Positions 1 through 8,432 of a DNA stretch of 64,000 bases are shown here, piece by piece. Within the stretch, counting starts at the first letter, position 1. Every line of letters begins with the position of its first letter. Origin of the DNA: an uncultured Actinomycetes bacterium (GTDB taxonomy: Bacteria; Actinomycetota; UBA4738; HRBIN12); the NCBI GenBank assembly GCA_963832225.1, contig CAWHTI010000013.1, positions 122,315-186,314 on the forward strand. Reading direction: 5' to 3'. The position numbers and the translations under genes were made by a program. The notes below the pieces were generated by a model. That model was not told the origin of the DNA, made no database searches, and was given only the letters and a program-made list of their open reading frames with translations.

Positions 1-13
1 CCTGCCGCGACTC

Positions 14-3000
14 GTGTTGCACTGGCTCGCCGAGGAGTCGGATCGCCTCGCGTGGGAGCTCGACGGCTCTGTCGTGCTCGTCGACATCTCCGGGTTCACG
101 AGAATGTCCGAACGGCTGTCGCGCAAGGGCAAGGTGGGAGCGGAGGAGATCACCGACGTTCTCGGCGCGGTGTTCAGTCGACTCCTTTCACTCGCGTATG
201 CCGAGGGCGGGGGGCTTCTGAAGTTCGGCGGAGATGCCCTCCTGCTCCTCTTTGCCGGCGACGAGCATCCACTTCGCGCGGTCAGGGCGGCGGCGGGGAT
301 GCGGCGTGAACTCCATCAGATCGGCGCGATCCACACGTCCGCCGGACTTGTGCGACTGAGGATGTCAGTGGGAGTCCATACCGATCGTTTCCAGTTCTTC
401 CTGGTCGGTGACTCGCACCGAGAGTTCGTGATCTCGGGACCCGGCGCCAGCGAGACGGTGCTGATGGAGGCCGTCGCGGGTGCCTCCGAGATCCTCATGA
501 GTCCGTCCACCTCGCGGTTCGTCCCGGATTCCTTGGTCGGAGCGTGGAAGGCCGTCGGGTTCCTGCTGCGCAAGGACCCCGGCGACGTCGCTGCTCATCC
601 GAAGGAGCGAGAGCTAGATCTGTCTGGAGTCGATGTGTCACAGGCAGTTCCGCTTGCCATACGGCGGTATCTCCAGACCGGCCTCGTCGAGCCAGAGCAC
701 CGGAAGGCTGCTATCGGCTTTCTGCACTACGACGGCATGGATCTTCTCGTCACGGAGGAAGGAGTCGGATCGGCAGCGATGGCGCTGCATGAACTGGTGT
801 GCGACGTCCAGGACGCGGCCGATCGCAACGGCGTGACATTCCTCGGGTCCGACGTGGATCACGATGGTGGGAAGATCATCCTCGCGGCCGGCGCGCCGGC
901 CGCGGCGGGCGACGATGAGGAGCGCATGCTCCTGACGCTCCGAGCGATCGTCGAACGGCCACGCAGGCTGCCAGTTCGTCTCGGGGTGAACCTCGGCCCG
1001 GTGTTCGCCGGCAATATCGGCCCCGAGTACCGGCGCACGTACACGATCATGGGTGACGCCGTGAACCTTGCCGCCCGACTGATGAGCAAGGCTGCTCCAG
1101 GTGAGGTCATCGCGACGAAGGGCGTCCTCGACGCGTCCGCCGCGCGTTTCCGGGTCGAAGCCCTGCCGCCATTTCTGGTGAAAGGAAAGGCAGCGCCCAT
1201 CGTTGCATATTCGGTCGGACCACTGCAGCGGGTGCGCCAGCGGAGGGACGGCACGGAGTTGCCGCTCGTCGGCCGCCAGAGCGAGCTCCGTGAGCTCGCC
1301 GATTCGTTGATGGCGCTCCGGGAGGGGCGGGGACGACTCCTGGAGATCGTGGGGGCTCCCGGGATCGGAAAGAGTCGACTGCTGAACGAACTCCGAAGTC
1401 GCTCAACGGGATTCAACAGGTTGGATGCGGCGTGCGAGCTCTACGGGGCCTCCGTGCCGTACCTCGCGTTTCGGGACGTGCTCCGTGCGGCAATCGGCCT
1501 CGCTGACGACGTCGACGACGCCACGACCTTGATGCGGTTGCAGACCGAGATCCGGTCGCGTACACCCAAGCTCGAGCCGTGGATGCCGCTGATCGCAGTG
1601 GCACTGGGGCTCGACGTCCCGCCGACGGACGAGGTCCGTCAACTCGACGATTCGTTCCGGAAGGATCAACTCGAGCGGGTGGTGGGGATCTTCCTCGCCG
1701 GAGTCGTGGAGGGTCCGACCCTGATTCTCATCGAGGACGTCCACTGGATGGACGAACTCTCGTGTGATCTGCTCACGCGTTTGGTGACCGAGCAGCTAGC
1801 AGACGCACCGTGGCTGATCTGCGTTACCCGTCGGGACGCCGCGACCGGCTTCTCCGCTCCATCGCACGACGTGGTGCTCGCGATCATGCTGCCTGCGCTC
1901 GATCCCGAGGATGCCCGGCTGCTCGTGGAATCGGCCACGGAAGACGCACCCCTCCTGCCGCGAGAGACCGAGGCGCTCGCGGAGCGGTCCGGCGGCAACC
2001 CATTGTTCCTGCAGGAGCTCGTTCGCGTCTCTCGGGAAGGAGGGATGGAGGCGCTGCCGGACTCCATCGATGCGGTGGTCACCGCTCAGATCGACCAGCT
2101 GGCGCCGGCCGACAGAGGGCTGCTTCGAACGGCCTCGGTCCTGGGCGCTGTCTTCAGCGAGACACTCCTGTGGAGTCTACTCGACACCGAGACTCGCCCA
2201 CGCAACGGCGCCGTGTGGGAACGCTTGGATTCGTTCGTGGTCCAGCATGACTCGGGGACGTGGCGATTTCGTCACGCGCTGATGAGGGATGCGGCCTACG
2301 AGGGCTTGCCGTACCGGCGCCGGCGCGACCTGCATGCACGTGCCGGCAAGCTGATCGAGGAGGCCGCTGGTAATGGCGCTGACGTGGCCGAGCTGCTGTC
2401 GTTGCACTACTTCAACGCCCAAGGATTTCCAGAGGCGTGGCGTTACTCCGTGATCGCCGGCCACCGAGCTCGCGATCGCTTCTCGAACGGTCGGGCGGCC
2501 GAGTTCTACGAGCGAGCGCTGAATGCTGCTTCCCACATCGGCTCCGTCGAGCTTCGTGAGATCGCGGCGATTCGCGAGGCGCTTGGCGATGTGCTCGTGC
2601 GGATGGGGGACTTCCGACGGGCACGCGGTGTCTACCGAGACGCCCGTGCCTCACTCGGCGACGAGGCCCTTGGGACCGCGAGAATCCTTGAGAAGCAAGC
2701 GAGGATCTCCGAGCGGTTGGGGCGTTACTCGGACGCGCTCCGTTGGCTGCAACGCGGTCTGAGCGCCTTGAACGGTTTGGACGGGATCGAAGTCCTCCGT
2801 CAGCGGGCTCAACTGTCAGTCTCCTACGCATCGATCCGGGTCGCGCAGGGCCGCGCCCGCGAGGCGAGGACCTGGTGCGCTGGGGCCATCGAAGAGGCCG
2901 ACGCCTCCGGGGAACGAGAGGCACTCGCACACGCGTACTACATCCTGGACTGGGCGCTCTTCCTCGAGGGCCGTGCAACCGGGTACGAGAACTCTTCGAA

Positions 3001-3853
3001 AGCGCTCGAGATCTACCGGGAGTTGAGCGACCCCGCAGGGCAAGCCGTCGTGCTGAACAACCTGGGTGGATTCAAGTACTTCGACGGCCAGTGGGACGAG
3101 GCGGTGGTCCTGTACAAGCGAGGCCGCGACGCCAGGGAGCGCACGGGCGACCCCGTGAACGCTGCGTACGGCACCTGCAACATCGGTGAGATCCTCTCGG
3201 ACCAGGGCCGGCTCGAGGAGGCTGAGCCGCTGTTGCGGGATGCCTCGCGCGTGTGGCGTGCGGCGGGCGACAGAGCCGGCGTGGCGTTCGCAGAGAGTCT
3301 GCTCGGGCGATTGGCGAGCCGCGCCGGACGCGCGGAGGAGGCGTTGGACCTGTTCGCTCGGGCCCGCGCCACGTTCGTCAAGGTGGGAAGCCAAACCGAC
3401 ACCATCGAGGTCGACGCGCGCGTCGCCGAATGCCTCGTGTTCCGAGGACTCGCCAACGAGGCGCTCGAGCGCGTCTCGACGACGCTGGTGGAGGCCGAGG
3501 CCTTCGAGGGAGTCAGCGTCCAGACGCCGCTGCTGCAACGGATTCGCGGATACTCGCTGATGCAGTTGGGGCGGTTGGATGATGCGGCCACGGCGTTCGA
3601 CGCCAGCCTGCTGGTGGCGCAGGCGCGCAAGGCGCGGTACGACGAGGCGCTGACCTTGCGGGCGGTCGAACAGCTCGCCCGCCTTCGAGGGTCGGGGCCG
3701 TCCTCGACTGGACGGCAGAGCGACCGAACACTCTCCGAACTCGGCGTCGTGGCTGTGCCCGACGTCCCTGACGTCGGCGCCATCGTGGATCCGGAGACGG
3801 CATCACTCACGGCCGTCAACGACGGCACAACGGAGATCGCCTCGCCAACGTGA
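14..3853 (+). CDS. Adenylate/guanylate cyclase (two class III cyclase domains) + AAA/STAND ATPase + TPR repeats; 5' end probably just outside the window
   Basis: Domain 1 has VDISGFT and KFGGDA; domain 2 has TIMGDAVNLAARL and VKGK; LVGRQSEL, Walker A GAPGIGKSRL, IEDVHWMD, SGGNPLFL, TPR-like C-terminus. The frame is open back to the window edge. Confidence 0.9.
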   Translation: MLHWLAEESDRLAWELDGSVVLVDISGFTRMSERLSRKGKVGAEEITDVLGAVFSRLLSLAYAEGGGLLKFGGDALLLLFAGDEHPLRAVRAAAGMRRELHQIGAIHTSAGLVRLRMSVGVHTDRFQFFLVGDSHREFVISGPGASETVLMEAVAGASEILMSPSTSRFVPDSLVGAWKAVGFLLRKDPGDVAAHPKERELDLSGVDVSQAVPLAIRRYLQTGLVEPEHRKAAIGFLHYDGMDLLVTEEGVGSAAMALHELVCDVQDAADRNGVTFLGSDVDHDGGKIILAAGAPAAAGDDEERMLLTLRAIVERPRRLPVRLGVNLGPVFAGNIGPEYRRTYTIMGDAVNLAARLMSKAAPGEVIATKGVLDASAARFRVEALPPFLVKGKAAPIVAYSVGPLQRVRQRRDGTELPLVGRQSELRELADSLMALREGRGRLLEIVGAPGIGKSRLLNELRSRSTGFNRLDAACELYGASVPYLAFRDVLRAAIGLADDVDDATTLMRLQTEIRSRTPKLEPWMPLIAVALGLDVPPTDEVRQLDDSFRKDQLERVVGIFLAGVVEGPTLILIEDVHWMDELSCDLLTRLVTEQLADAPWLICVTRRDAATGFSAPSHDVVLAIMLPALDPEDARLLVESATEDAPLLPRETEALAERSGGNPLFLQELVRVSREGGMEALPDSIDAVVTAQIDQLAPADRGLLRTASVLGAVFSETLLWSLLDTETRPRNGAVWERLDSFVVQHDSGTWRFRHALMRDAAYEGLPYRRRRDLHARAGKLIEEAAGNGADVAELLSLHYFNAQGFPEAWRYSVIAGHRARDRFSNGRAAEFYERALNAASHIGSVELREIAAIREALGDVLVRMGDFRRARGVYRDARASLGDEALGTARILEKQARISERLGRYSDALRWLQRGLSALNGLDGIEVLRQRAQLSVSYASIRVAQGRAREARTWCAGAIEEADASGEREALAHAYYILDWALFLEGRATGYENSSKALEIYRELSDPAGQAVVLNNLGGFKYFDGQWDEAVVLYKRGRDARERTGDPVNAAYGTCNIGEILSDQGRLEEAEPLLRDASRVWRAAGDRAGVAFAESLLGRLASRAGRAEEALDLFARARATFVKVGSQTDTIEVDARVAECLVFRGLANEALERVSTTLVEAEAFEGVSVQTPLLQRIRGYSLMQLGRLDDAATAFDASLLVAQARKARYDEALTLRAVEQLARLRGSGPSSTGRQSDRTLSELGVVAVPDVPDVGAIVDPETASLTAVNDGTTEIASPT

Positions 3854-3863
3854 GGCGGCGGCG

Positions 3864-4730
3864 CTACGCCCCGCCCGACTTCGTACCCATCCTGGGGTCG
3901 GTATCGGACGTCCGAACCAGGACGGCCAGATCACCATCGTCGCGAGTTGTCTTGGCCACGCAGGGTATCGACGACGAGGTGCAGCTCGAGAGCTGAACCG
4001 GGTTTTCCCCCTTCGTCGCGTCGTACCACACGACGAAACCGGTCACCCCTCCTGCGGCGCGATCAGGGGCGGCCTCGACCACTGTCTCGTCGTACATCAG
4101 TTTGACCGTGTAGAAGGGTCCACCCAAACTCCCGTTCTCAAGTGCGTTCACGAGCACCTGGTTCGCGAGGCACGATCCGTTGCAGAACCCGTTGTCGGGC
4201 TCTTCCTTCAGCGTACCGACGCCCGTTGTGCCTGCGGGGAACGTCTGCTTCCCGACGAACGGATCGGTCGGCGTCGCTCCGTTCCCTGTGCTCATCGACA
4301 GGTTGCCGCCGCCGATCAGCTCGGCATCCTGCCCCCTGTTCGGGGTCGCCGAAACCTCATTCGACGGTGAGCTCTCACCGCATACGTTGACGGCGGTCAC
4401 GGTGAACGCATACGACTGACCGTTGTTGAGCTTGTTCAACTGTGTCTGTGTCTGGGTGGTCCGTCGCGTCCGCACGCCGTCCACATACACCCGGTAGAAG
4501 TCGACGCCCCCTCCGTTGAAGGCGGGCGGGTCCCAGAACAACACGACGTTCCGATTCCCGGCCGCAACCGTCAGGTCTTGCGGCGGGCCAGGAGCCGAGA
4601 AGGGTCCGCCCTCCCCCATCGGCAGCGATCGCTCACCGCCACCACAGCCGCCCGCAGCGGCCATCGGCGCACCGGGGGCGAAGATCGACATCAGCAACGA
4701 CAGCGGAACGAGCAGCGCAATCCGTCTCAT
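3864..4730 (-). CDS. Secreted fibronectin type III domain protein
   Basis: GGAGGT RBS before ATG 4730; signal-peptide-like MRRIALLVPLSLLMSIFAPGAPMAAA; FN3 pattern PGPPQDL...WDPP...Y.V...LNNGQSYAFTVTAVN..GES. Confidence 0.8.
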   Translation of the reverse strand: MRRIALLVPLSLLMSIFAPGAPMAAAGGCGGGERSLPMGEGGPFSAPGPPQDLTVAAGNRNVVLFWDPPAFNGGGVDFYRVYVDGVRTRRTTQTQTQLNKLNNGQSYAFTVTAVNVCGESSPSNEVSATPNRGQDAELIGGGNLSMSTGNGATPTDPFVGKQTFPAGTTGVGTLKEEPDNGFCNGSCLANQVLVNALENGSLGGPFYTVKLMYDETVVEAAPDRAAGGVTGFVVWYDATKGENPVQLSSCTSSSIPCVAKTTRDDGDLAVLVRTSDTDPRMGTKSGGA

Positions 4731-5055
4731 CAGCCACCTCCCACGTTGGCCCAGGCTCCCCGCGCTCGCCCACCCCGTCGAGCGAACCTGCTGTACATCG
4801 TCCTCGCGGCCTCGATGCCCGAAGCTCATCTCTCCCTCCCAGCTGGGGTCGGCTGAGCCAATGACGTCCGATGACACTCACACGGGTGGGATGGAGGGGT
4901 CATCAACCGTTTGCGGTAATCATCTCGCCTATACACGGGAGAGCAACCCCCTGGCTCGGGGTGCTTCGAAGCACTCAGACCTCTCGCCCCGCGCCGGGCA
5001 AACAAGACTTCCCCGCTGTTGTCGATCACCTCTTGGTTGTTCGTTCGCGGGGCGG

Positions 5056-5107
5056 GCAAGACGAGAACGCCCCCCGCAACGCTGAGCAGGGGGCGTTCAA
5101 CGTCTGC
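5056..5107 (-). terminator. Long GC-rich hairpin downstream of the 19-aa Cys peptide ORF
   Basis: Minus strand GAACGCCCCCTGC-8 nt loop-GCGGGGGGCGTTC (13 bp, one G-U pair that works only on the minus strand), extendable by AGACG/CGTCT; weak U tract. Confidence 0.6.
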
Positions 5108-5121
5108 TCGAACCGGCGGAA

Positions 5122-5181
5122 TCAGCAGCAACCCGGTGGGCAGCAGTCGGGCGGGCAGCTCGGATCGTTGTCTACGATCAT
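5122..5181 (-). CDS. 19-aa Cys-rich peptide MIVDNDPSCPPDCCPPGCC (not in ORF track)
   Basis: GAGAGGAGGGGAC directly before ATG; upstream TTGACA-17 nt-CAACGT; TGA at 5122-5124; followed by a hairpin; divergent from arsR. Confidence 0.7.
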   Translation of the reverse strand: MIVDNDPSCPPDCCPPGCC

Positions 5182-5194
5182 GTCCCCTCCTCTC

Positions 5195-5248
5195 ATTGAT
5201 GGACGTCGATACGTTGCCAGATGTATAGATAGGTGTCAATATGAGGAT
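5195..5248. promoter_or_regulatory. Overlapping divergent promoters with two candidate ArsR operators
   Basis: ATTGATGGACGTCGAT (5195-5210) and ATAGATAGGTGTCAAT (5225-5240) share AT(T/A)GA-N6-TC(G/A)AT; plus strand TTGCCA-17-CAATAT lies 6 nt before the arsR GTG (leaderless); minus strand TTGACA-17-CAACGT. Confidence 0.65.
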
Positions 5249-5584
5249 GTGAAGCAGATCGCCGTGATCGACCAGGCATGTTGCCCCCAGGTGCTCGGCT
5301 CGCCGCTGTCCGCGGCTGAGGCCGAGGACCTGGCGGGGGCGCTCAGGGTCGTGGCTGACCCCGCTCGTCTGCGGCTCCTCTCGCTGATCGCCGCAACCGA
5401 GGGGTCAGAGGCGTGCGTGTGTGACCTCACCGAGCCGCTGGGCCTGTCGCAACCGACGGTCAGCCACCATCTCAAGGTGCTCACCGACGCTGGTCTCCTC
5501 GCTCGCGAACAGCGTGGCCGATGGGCATTCTTCAGCATCGAAGCCGAACCACTTGCCCTTCTGCGGAAGGCCCTATCCCCATGA
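5249..5584 (+). CDS. arsR: ArsR/SmtB family arsenic-responsive repressor
   Basis: N-terminal ACCP, ADPARLRLLSLI, EACVCDL, LSQPTVSHHLKVL; ATGA overlap with arsC. Confidence 0.9.
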   Translation: MKQIAVIDQACCPQVLGSPLSAAEAEDLAGALRVVADPARLRLLSLIAATEGSEACVCDLTEPLGLSQPTVSHHLKVLTDAGLLAREQRGRWAFFSIEAEPLALLRKALSP

Positions 5585-5994
5585 CCGCAGAACTCCCCGA
5601 GGTCCTGTTCGTCTGCGTTCACAATGCGGGGCGCTCCCAGATGGCTGCCGCGCTACTCAACCATCACGCCGGGGGGCAAGTGGCCATCCGCTCTGCCGGG
5701 AGCACACCAGCCGACGAGATCAATCCCTCCGTCGTCGCGGCGATGGACGAACTCGGGATCGACCTGTCGAAGGAGTTCCCGAAGCCACTCACGACCGTCG
5801 CGGTCGAGGCCGCTGACGTTGTTGTCACGATGGGTTGCGGTGACGCTTGTCCGATCTTCCCGGGCACGAGGTACCTCGACTGGGAGTTGCCGGACCCCGC
5901 AGGCAAGTCCCTCGAAGAGGTTCGCTCGATCCGCGACGAGATCGAGCGACGTGTGCACGTTCTCCTCGACGACCTCGTGAGCCGAGCGCGGTAG
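5581..5994 (+). CDS. arsC: Arsenate reductase, LMW-PTPase fold (actinobacterial type)
   Basis: VLFVCVHNAGRSQMA, VVTMGCGDACPIFPG, DWELPDPAG, IRDEI. Confidence 0.93.
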   Translation: MTAELPEVLFVCVHNAGRSQMAAALLNHHAGGQVAIRSAGSTPADEINPSVVAAMDELGIDLSKEFPKPLTTVAVEAADVVVTMGCGDACPIFPGTRYLDWELPDPAGKSLEEVRSIRDEIERRVHVLLDDLVSRAR

Positions 5995-5996
5995 CG

Positions 5997-6104
5997 ATGG
6001 TCGGCTCGGGAGTTCTGCGCCGAACCAGAACGGGTCCGAACCTTCCGGTCAGGCGTCGAGCCCGTCTCCCCGGCTATGACTGCTGTGACGCGGACTGCTG
6101 CTGA
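5997..6104 (+). CDS. 35-aa peptide ending YDCCDADCC (possible leader or Cys-rich peptide)
   Basis: ATG 2 nt after the arsC stop; same DCC-x3-CC-stop end as the 5122-5181 peptide; stop codon lies in a hairpin arm pairing with the next RBS. Confidence 0.5.
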   Translation: MVGSGVLRRTRTGPNLPVRRRARLPGYDCCDADCC

Positions 6105-6149
6105 TCCCTTCGTTCCGTCAGCCATCCACAGATCCAGAGGGGTCAAACG

Positions 6150-7058
6150 ATGTTCGAGTCGCGGTTGAGCCATGCATATCTGATCGGTGCTGCCATGTGC
6201 TGGGGACTCGGTACGGTCCTCAGCAAGTACGCGCTCGGGGGCATCGACGCCTCTCTGCTCCTTCCGTTCCAGTTGGCGTGCAGCGTCCTGATGTTGGGTG
6301 CATTCCTGCTCATGACTCGTTCCTCGCTGCGCGGTATCCGCCGTGCCGCGCAGATCGCCGCGTTGGGGGTGCTCAACCCTGGGATCGCGTACGCGCTCGG
6401 GTTGATCGCGCTCGCGCACATCAACGCATCCGTGTCGGTGATCATCTGGGCGACGGAGCCGGTCGTGATCGTTGTCCTGGCCTTCGCGATCCTTCACGAA
6501 CGGCTCCCCCTCTGGAGTATCGCCTGCCTCGCCGCTGCTATGGCGGGAGTCGCCCTGATCGTCGGCACTCCTTCAACGGGCAACTCCACCTTCGGCGTCG
6601 TCCTGACGTTTGCCTCGGTCTTCGCCTGTGCCCTCTACGCTGTGCTGCTACGTCGGATGGATCTGACGGACGGCACGCTTCCGGTCGTCTTCTTGCAACA
6701 AGCGAGTGCGCTCGCCTTTGCCGTGCTGGTGTTGTTCGCCGTCTCGGTGCAGTCCTTACACTCGATCGACGCGACGGCATCTCAACTGATCAGCGCGATC
6801 CTCTCCGGAGGCCTCTACTACGGCGTGGCCTTCCTCCTGTTCGTCTCTGGTCTGCGACGGACCTCCGCTGCTCGAGCGGGAATGTTCCTGACCCTGATAC
6901 CGGTGTTCGGCTTGTTCTTCAGTGCGTTGCTGTTGGGGGAGACGATGGACGCTGGACAGCTCATGGGGTCGACGGTTGTGGTCGGCTCGATGTCGGTTCT
7001 TGCCCTGCGACAGGCGAACGATCCTCGGAAGCGCAGGCGGGCCCGACTTGCTCAGTAG
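6150..7058 (+). CDS. EamA/DMT family transporter
   Basis: About 10 hydrophobic segments in two repeats; WGLGTV, ATEP, LIPVFG..LLLGE motifs. Confidence 0.88.
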   Translation: MFESRLSHAYLIGAAMCWGLGTVLSKYALGGIDASLLLPFQLACSVLMLGAFLLMTRSSLRGIRRAAQIAALGVLNPGIAYALGLIALAHINASVSVIIWATEPVVIVVLAFAILHERLPLWSIACLAAAMAGVALIVGTPSTGNSTFGVVLTFASVFACALYAVLLRRMDLTDGTLPVVFLQQASALAFAVLVLFAVSVQSLHSIDATASQLISAILSGGLYYGVAFLLFVSGLRRTSAARAGMFLTLIPVFGLFFSALLLGETMDAGQLMGSTVVVGSMSVLALRQANDPRKRRRARLAQ

Positions 7059-7309
7059 CCGGCATTCCTTCACGACAGGCGCTTGCTCCTCGTCAGCGGC
7101 TTGCGATCCGGCCGCGAGGGTCGCGCGATCAGCGTGACCATGCAGCTGACAGGTTGCTGGGTTCCCTGAACGGTTGCGGGGGGAGGAGACACGGATCGAC
7201 CGACACACGCTCACCTGCATGTCAAGTTCGATCCCTCCGCGCACGCCACCTTGACAAACCCGAGGACCGTGTGTCGCACCGATCCAGGATCAGGGATGCT
7301 TATCGGCGC

Positions 7310-8173
7310 TTACCGCTCGAACGACGAGCTTCGTCTGCCGGCAACGGTGAGCGCGTCGACTCGCTCGACGAACGAACCGGCCGGTCTCGGCTGGGCTGCG
7401 ATCGCGGCGCGGATCGCCGTCCATACATCGGACCTTCGGTCGACGCTCTGTTCCGTGAGCATGTTGTTGATCGTCACGCTCGTGTCACGTAGATAGTCGA
7501 CGTACTCATCAGACGAGGCGAACGGCGTCGCGAGCTCGATGATCTCGCTCCGAACGTCGACGAAGCCTGCATCAACCAGCGTCGCCTCCAGCCCACTCCG
7601 GTCGTCCGGCGCGAACCTCATCCGAACCGGCTCGTTCTCGGGAAGGCCTAGGTGGCGCCGCGTGACGGCGACCGCGGTCGAGAAGAACGGCGATCGCGGG
7701 TAGAGCGATGCGGCGAGTCGCCCGCCGCTCACGAGCGCGCGCCGGACCCGGCGCAGCGCCTCGTCGACGTCGGGAAGGAACATCAGCCCGAACCTGCTCA
7801 GCACGACGTCGAAGTGATCTTCGTAGTCGAGCTGCTCCGCGTCAGTCTCGAGGAACTCGACGTTCCGCAGCCTTCGCTCGGCGGCGCGCTCTCGCGCGAT
7901 CGCCAGCATCCCCGGTGAGATGTCGGTTGCGACGACGCGTCCTTCCGAGCCGACTGCGGCTGCCGCCGTCAGCGCCGGCTCGCCGATCCCGGTCGCGATG
8001 TCGAGCACGCATGCGCCCGGCTTCACCTCGGCGAGCTCGAGCAGCCGCTCCGTCACGACATCCGCCTCGAGCTTGTCCCACCAGCGACGCCAGCCGATCG
8101 CGGCGTCGCTCCATCCGCGGCGCTGGGCGGTCTTGAACGCGTCACGATCGAAAGGGCGACCCACGGCCGTCAC
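7310..8173 (-). CDS. Class I SAM-dependent methyltransferase (UbiE-like)
   Basis: VLDIATGIGEP, TDISPGML, DAEQL, FDVVLSRFGLMF; start codon uncertain. Confidence 0.85.
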   Translation of the reverse strand: MTAVGRPFDRDAFKTAQRRGWSDAAIGWRRWWDKLEADVVTERLLELAEVKPGACVLDIATGIGEPALTAAAAVGSEGRVVATDISPGMLAIARERAAERRLRNVEFLETDAEQLDYEDHFDVVLSRFGLMFLPDVDEALRRVRRALVSGGRLAASLYPRSPFFSTAVAVTRRHLGLPENEPVRMRFAPDDRSGLEATLVDAGFVDVRSEIIELATPFASSDEYVDYLRDTSVTINNMLTEQSVDRRSDVWTAIRAAIAAQPRPAGSFVERVDALTVAGRRSSSFER

Positions 8174-8345
8174 TTTATGCCTCCAGCTCAAGGAGCTCCG
8201 GGTAACGGCGGGTCGGAGATCCTCCCGATCTACCGCATCATCGCGCCCGAGGTTGCGCACTGCCAAGTTCAGTGGATCCACGGGGATTCCATACAACCAC
8301 CGTGACGTGGTCACCGACGACCTGCGGCGATGTCTGGTCCAGAAG

Positions 8346-8416
8346 TTCCGGGGGGAGGAGTCGAACCTCCATCGTAGGCTCCAAAGGCCCGCGTCTTGCC
8401 GTTAGACCACCCCGGA
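8346..8416 (-). tRNA. tRNA-Gln(TTG), CCA not encoded
   Basis: TCCGGGG/CCCCGGA acceptor stem, D loop TAACGGCAA, anticodon loop CT-TTG-GA, T arm GGAGG-TTCGACT-CCTCC. Confidence 0.93.
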
Positions 8417-8432
8417 TCGAACGTCGTTCATC

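Noticed and set aside
7310-8173. Methyltransferase as arsenite methyltransferase ArsM
   Set aside because: Only one Cys, lacks the conserved ArsM cysteines, and is convergent to the ars genes
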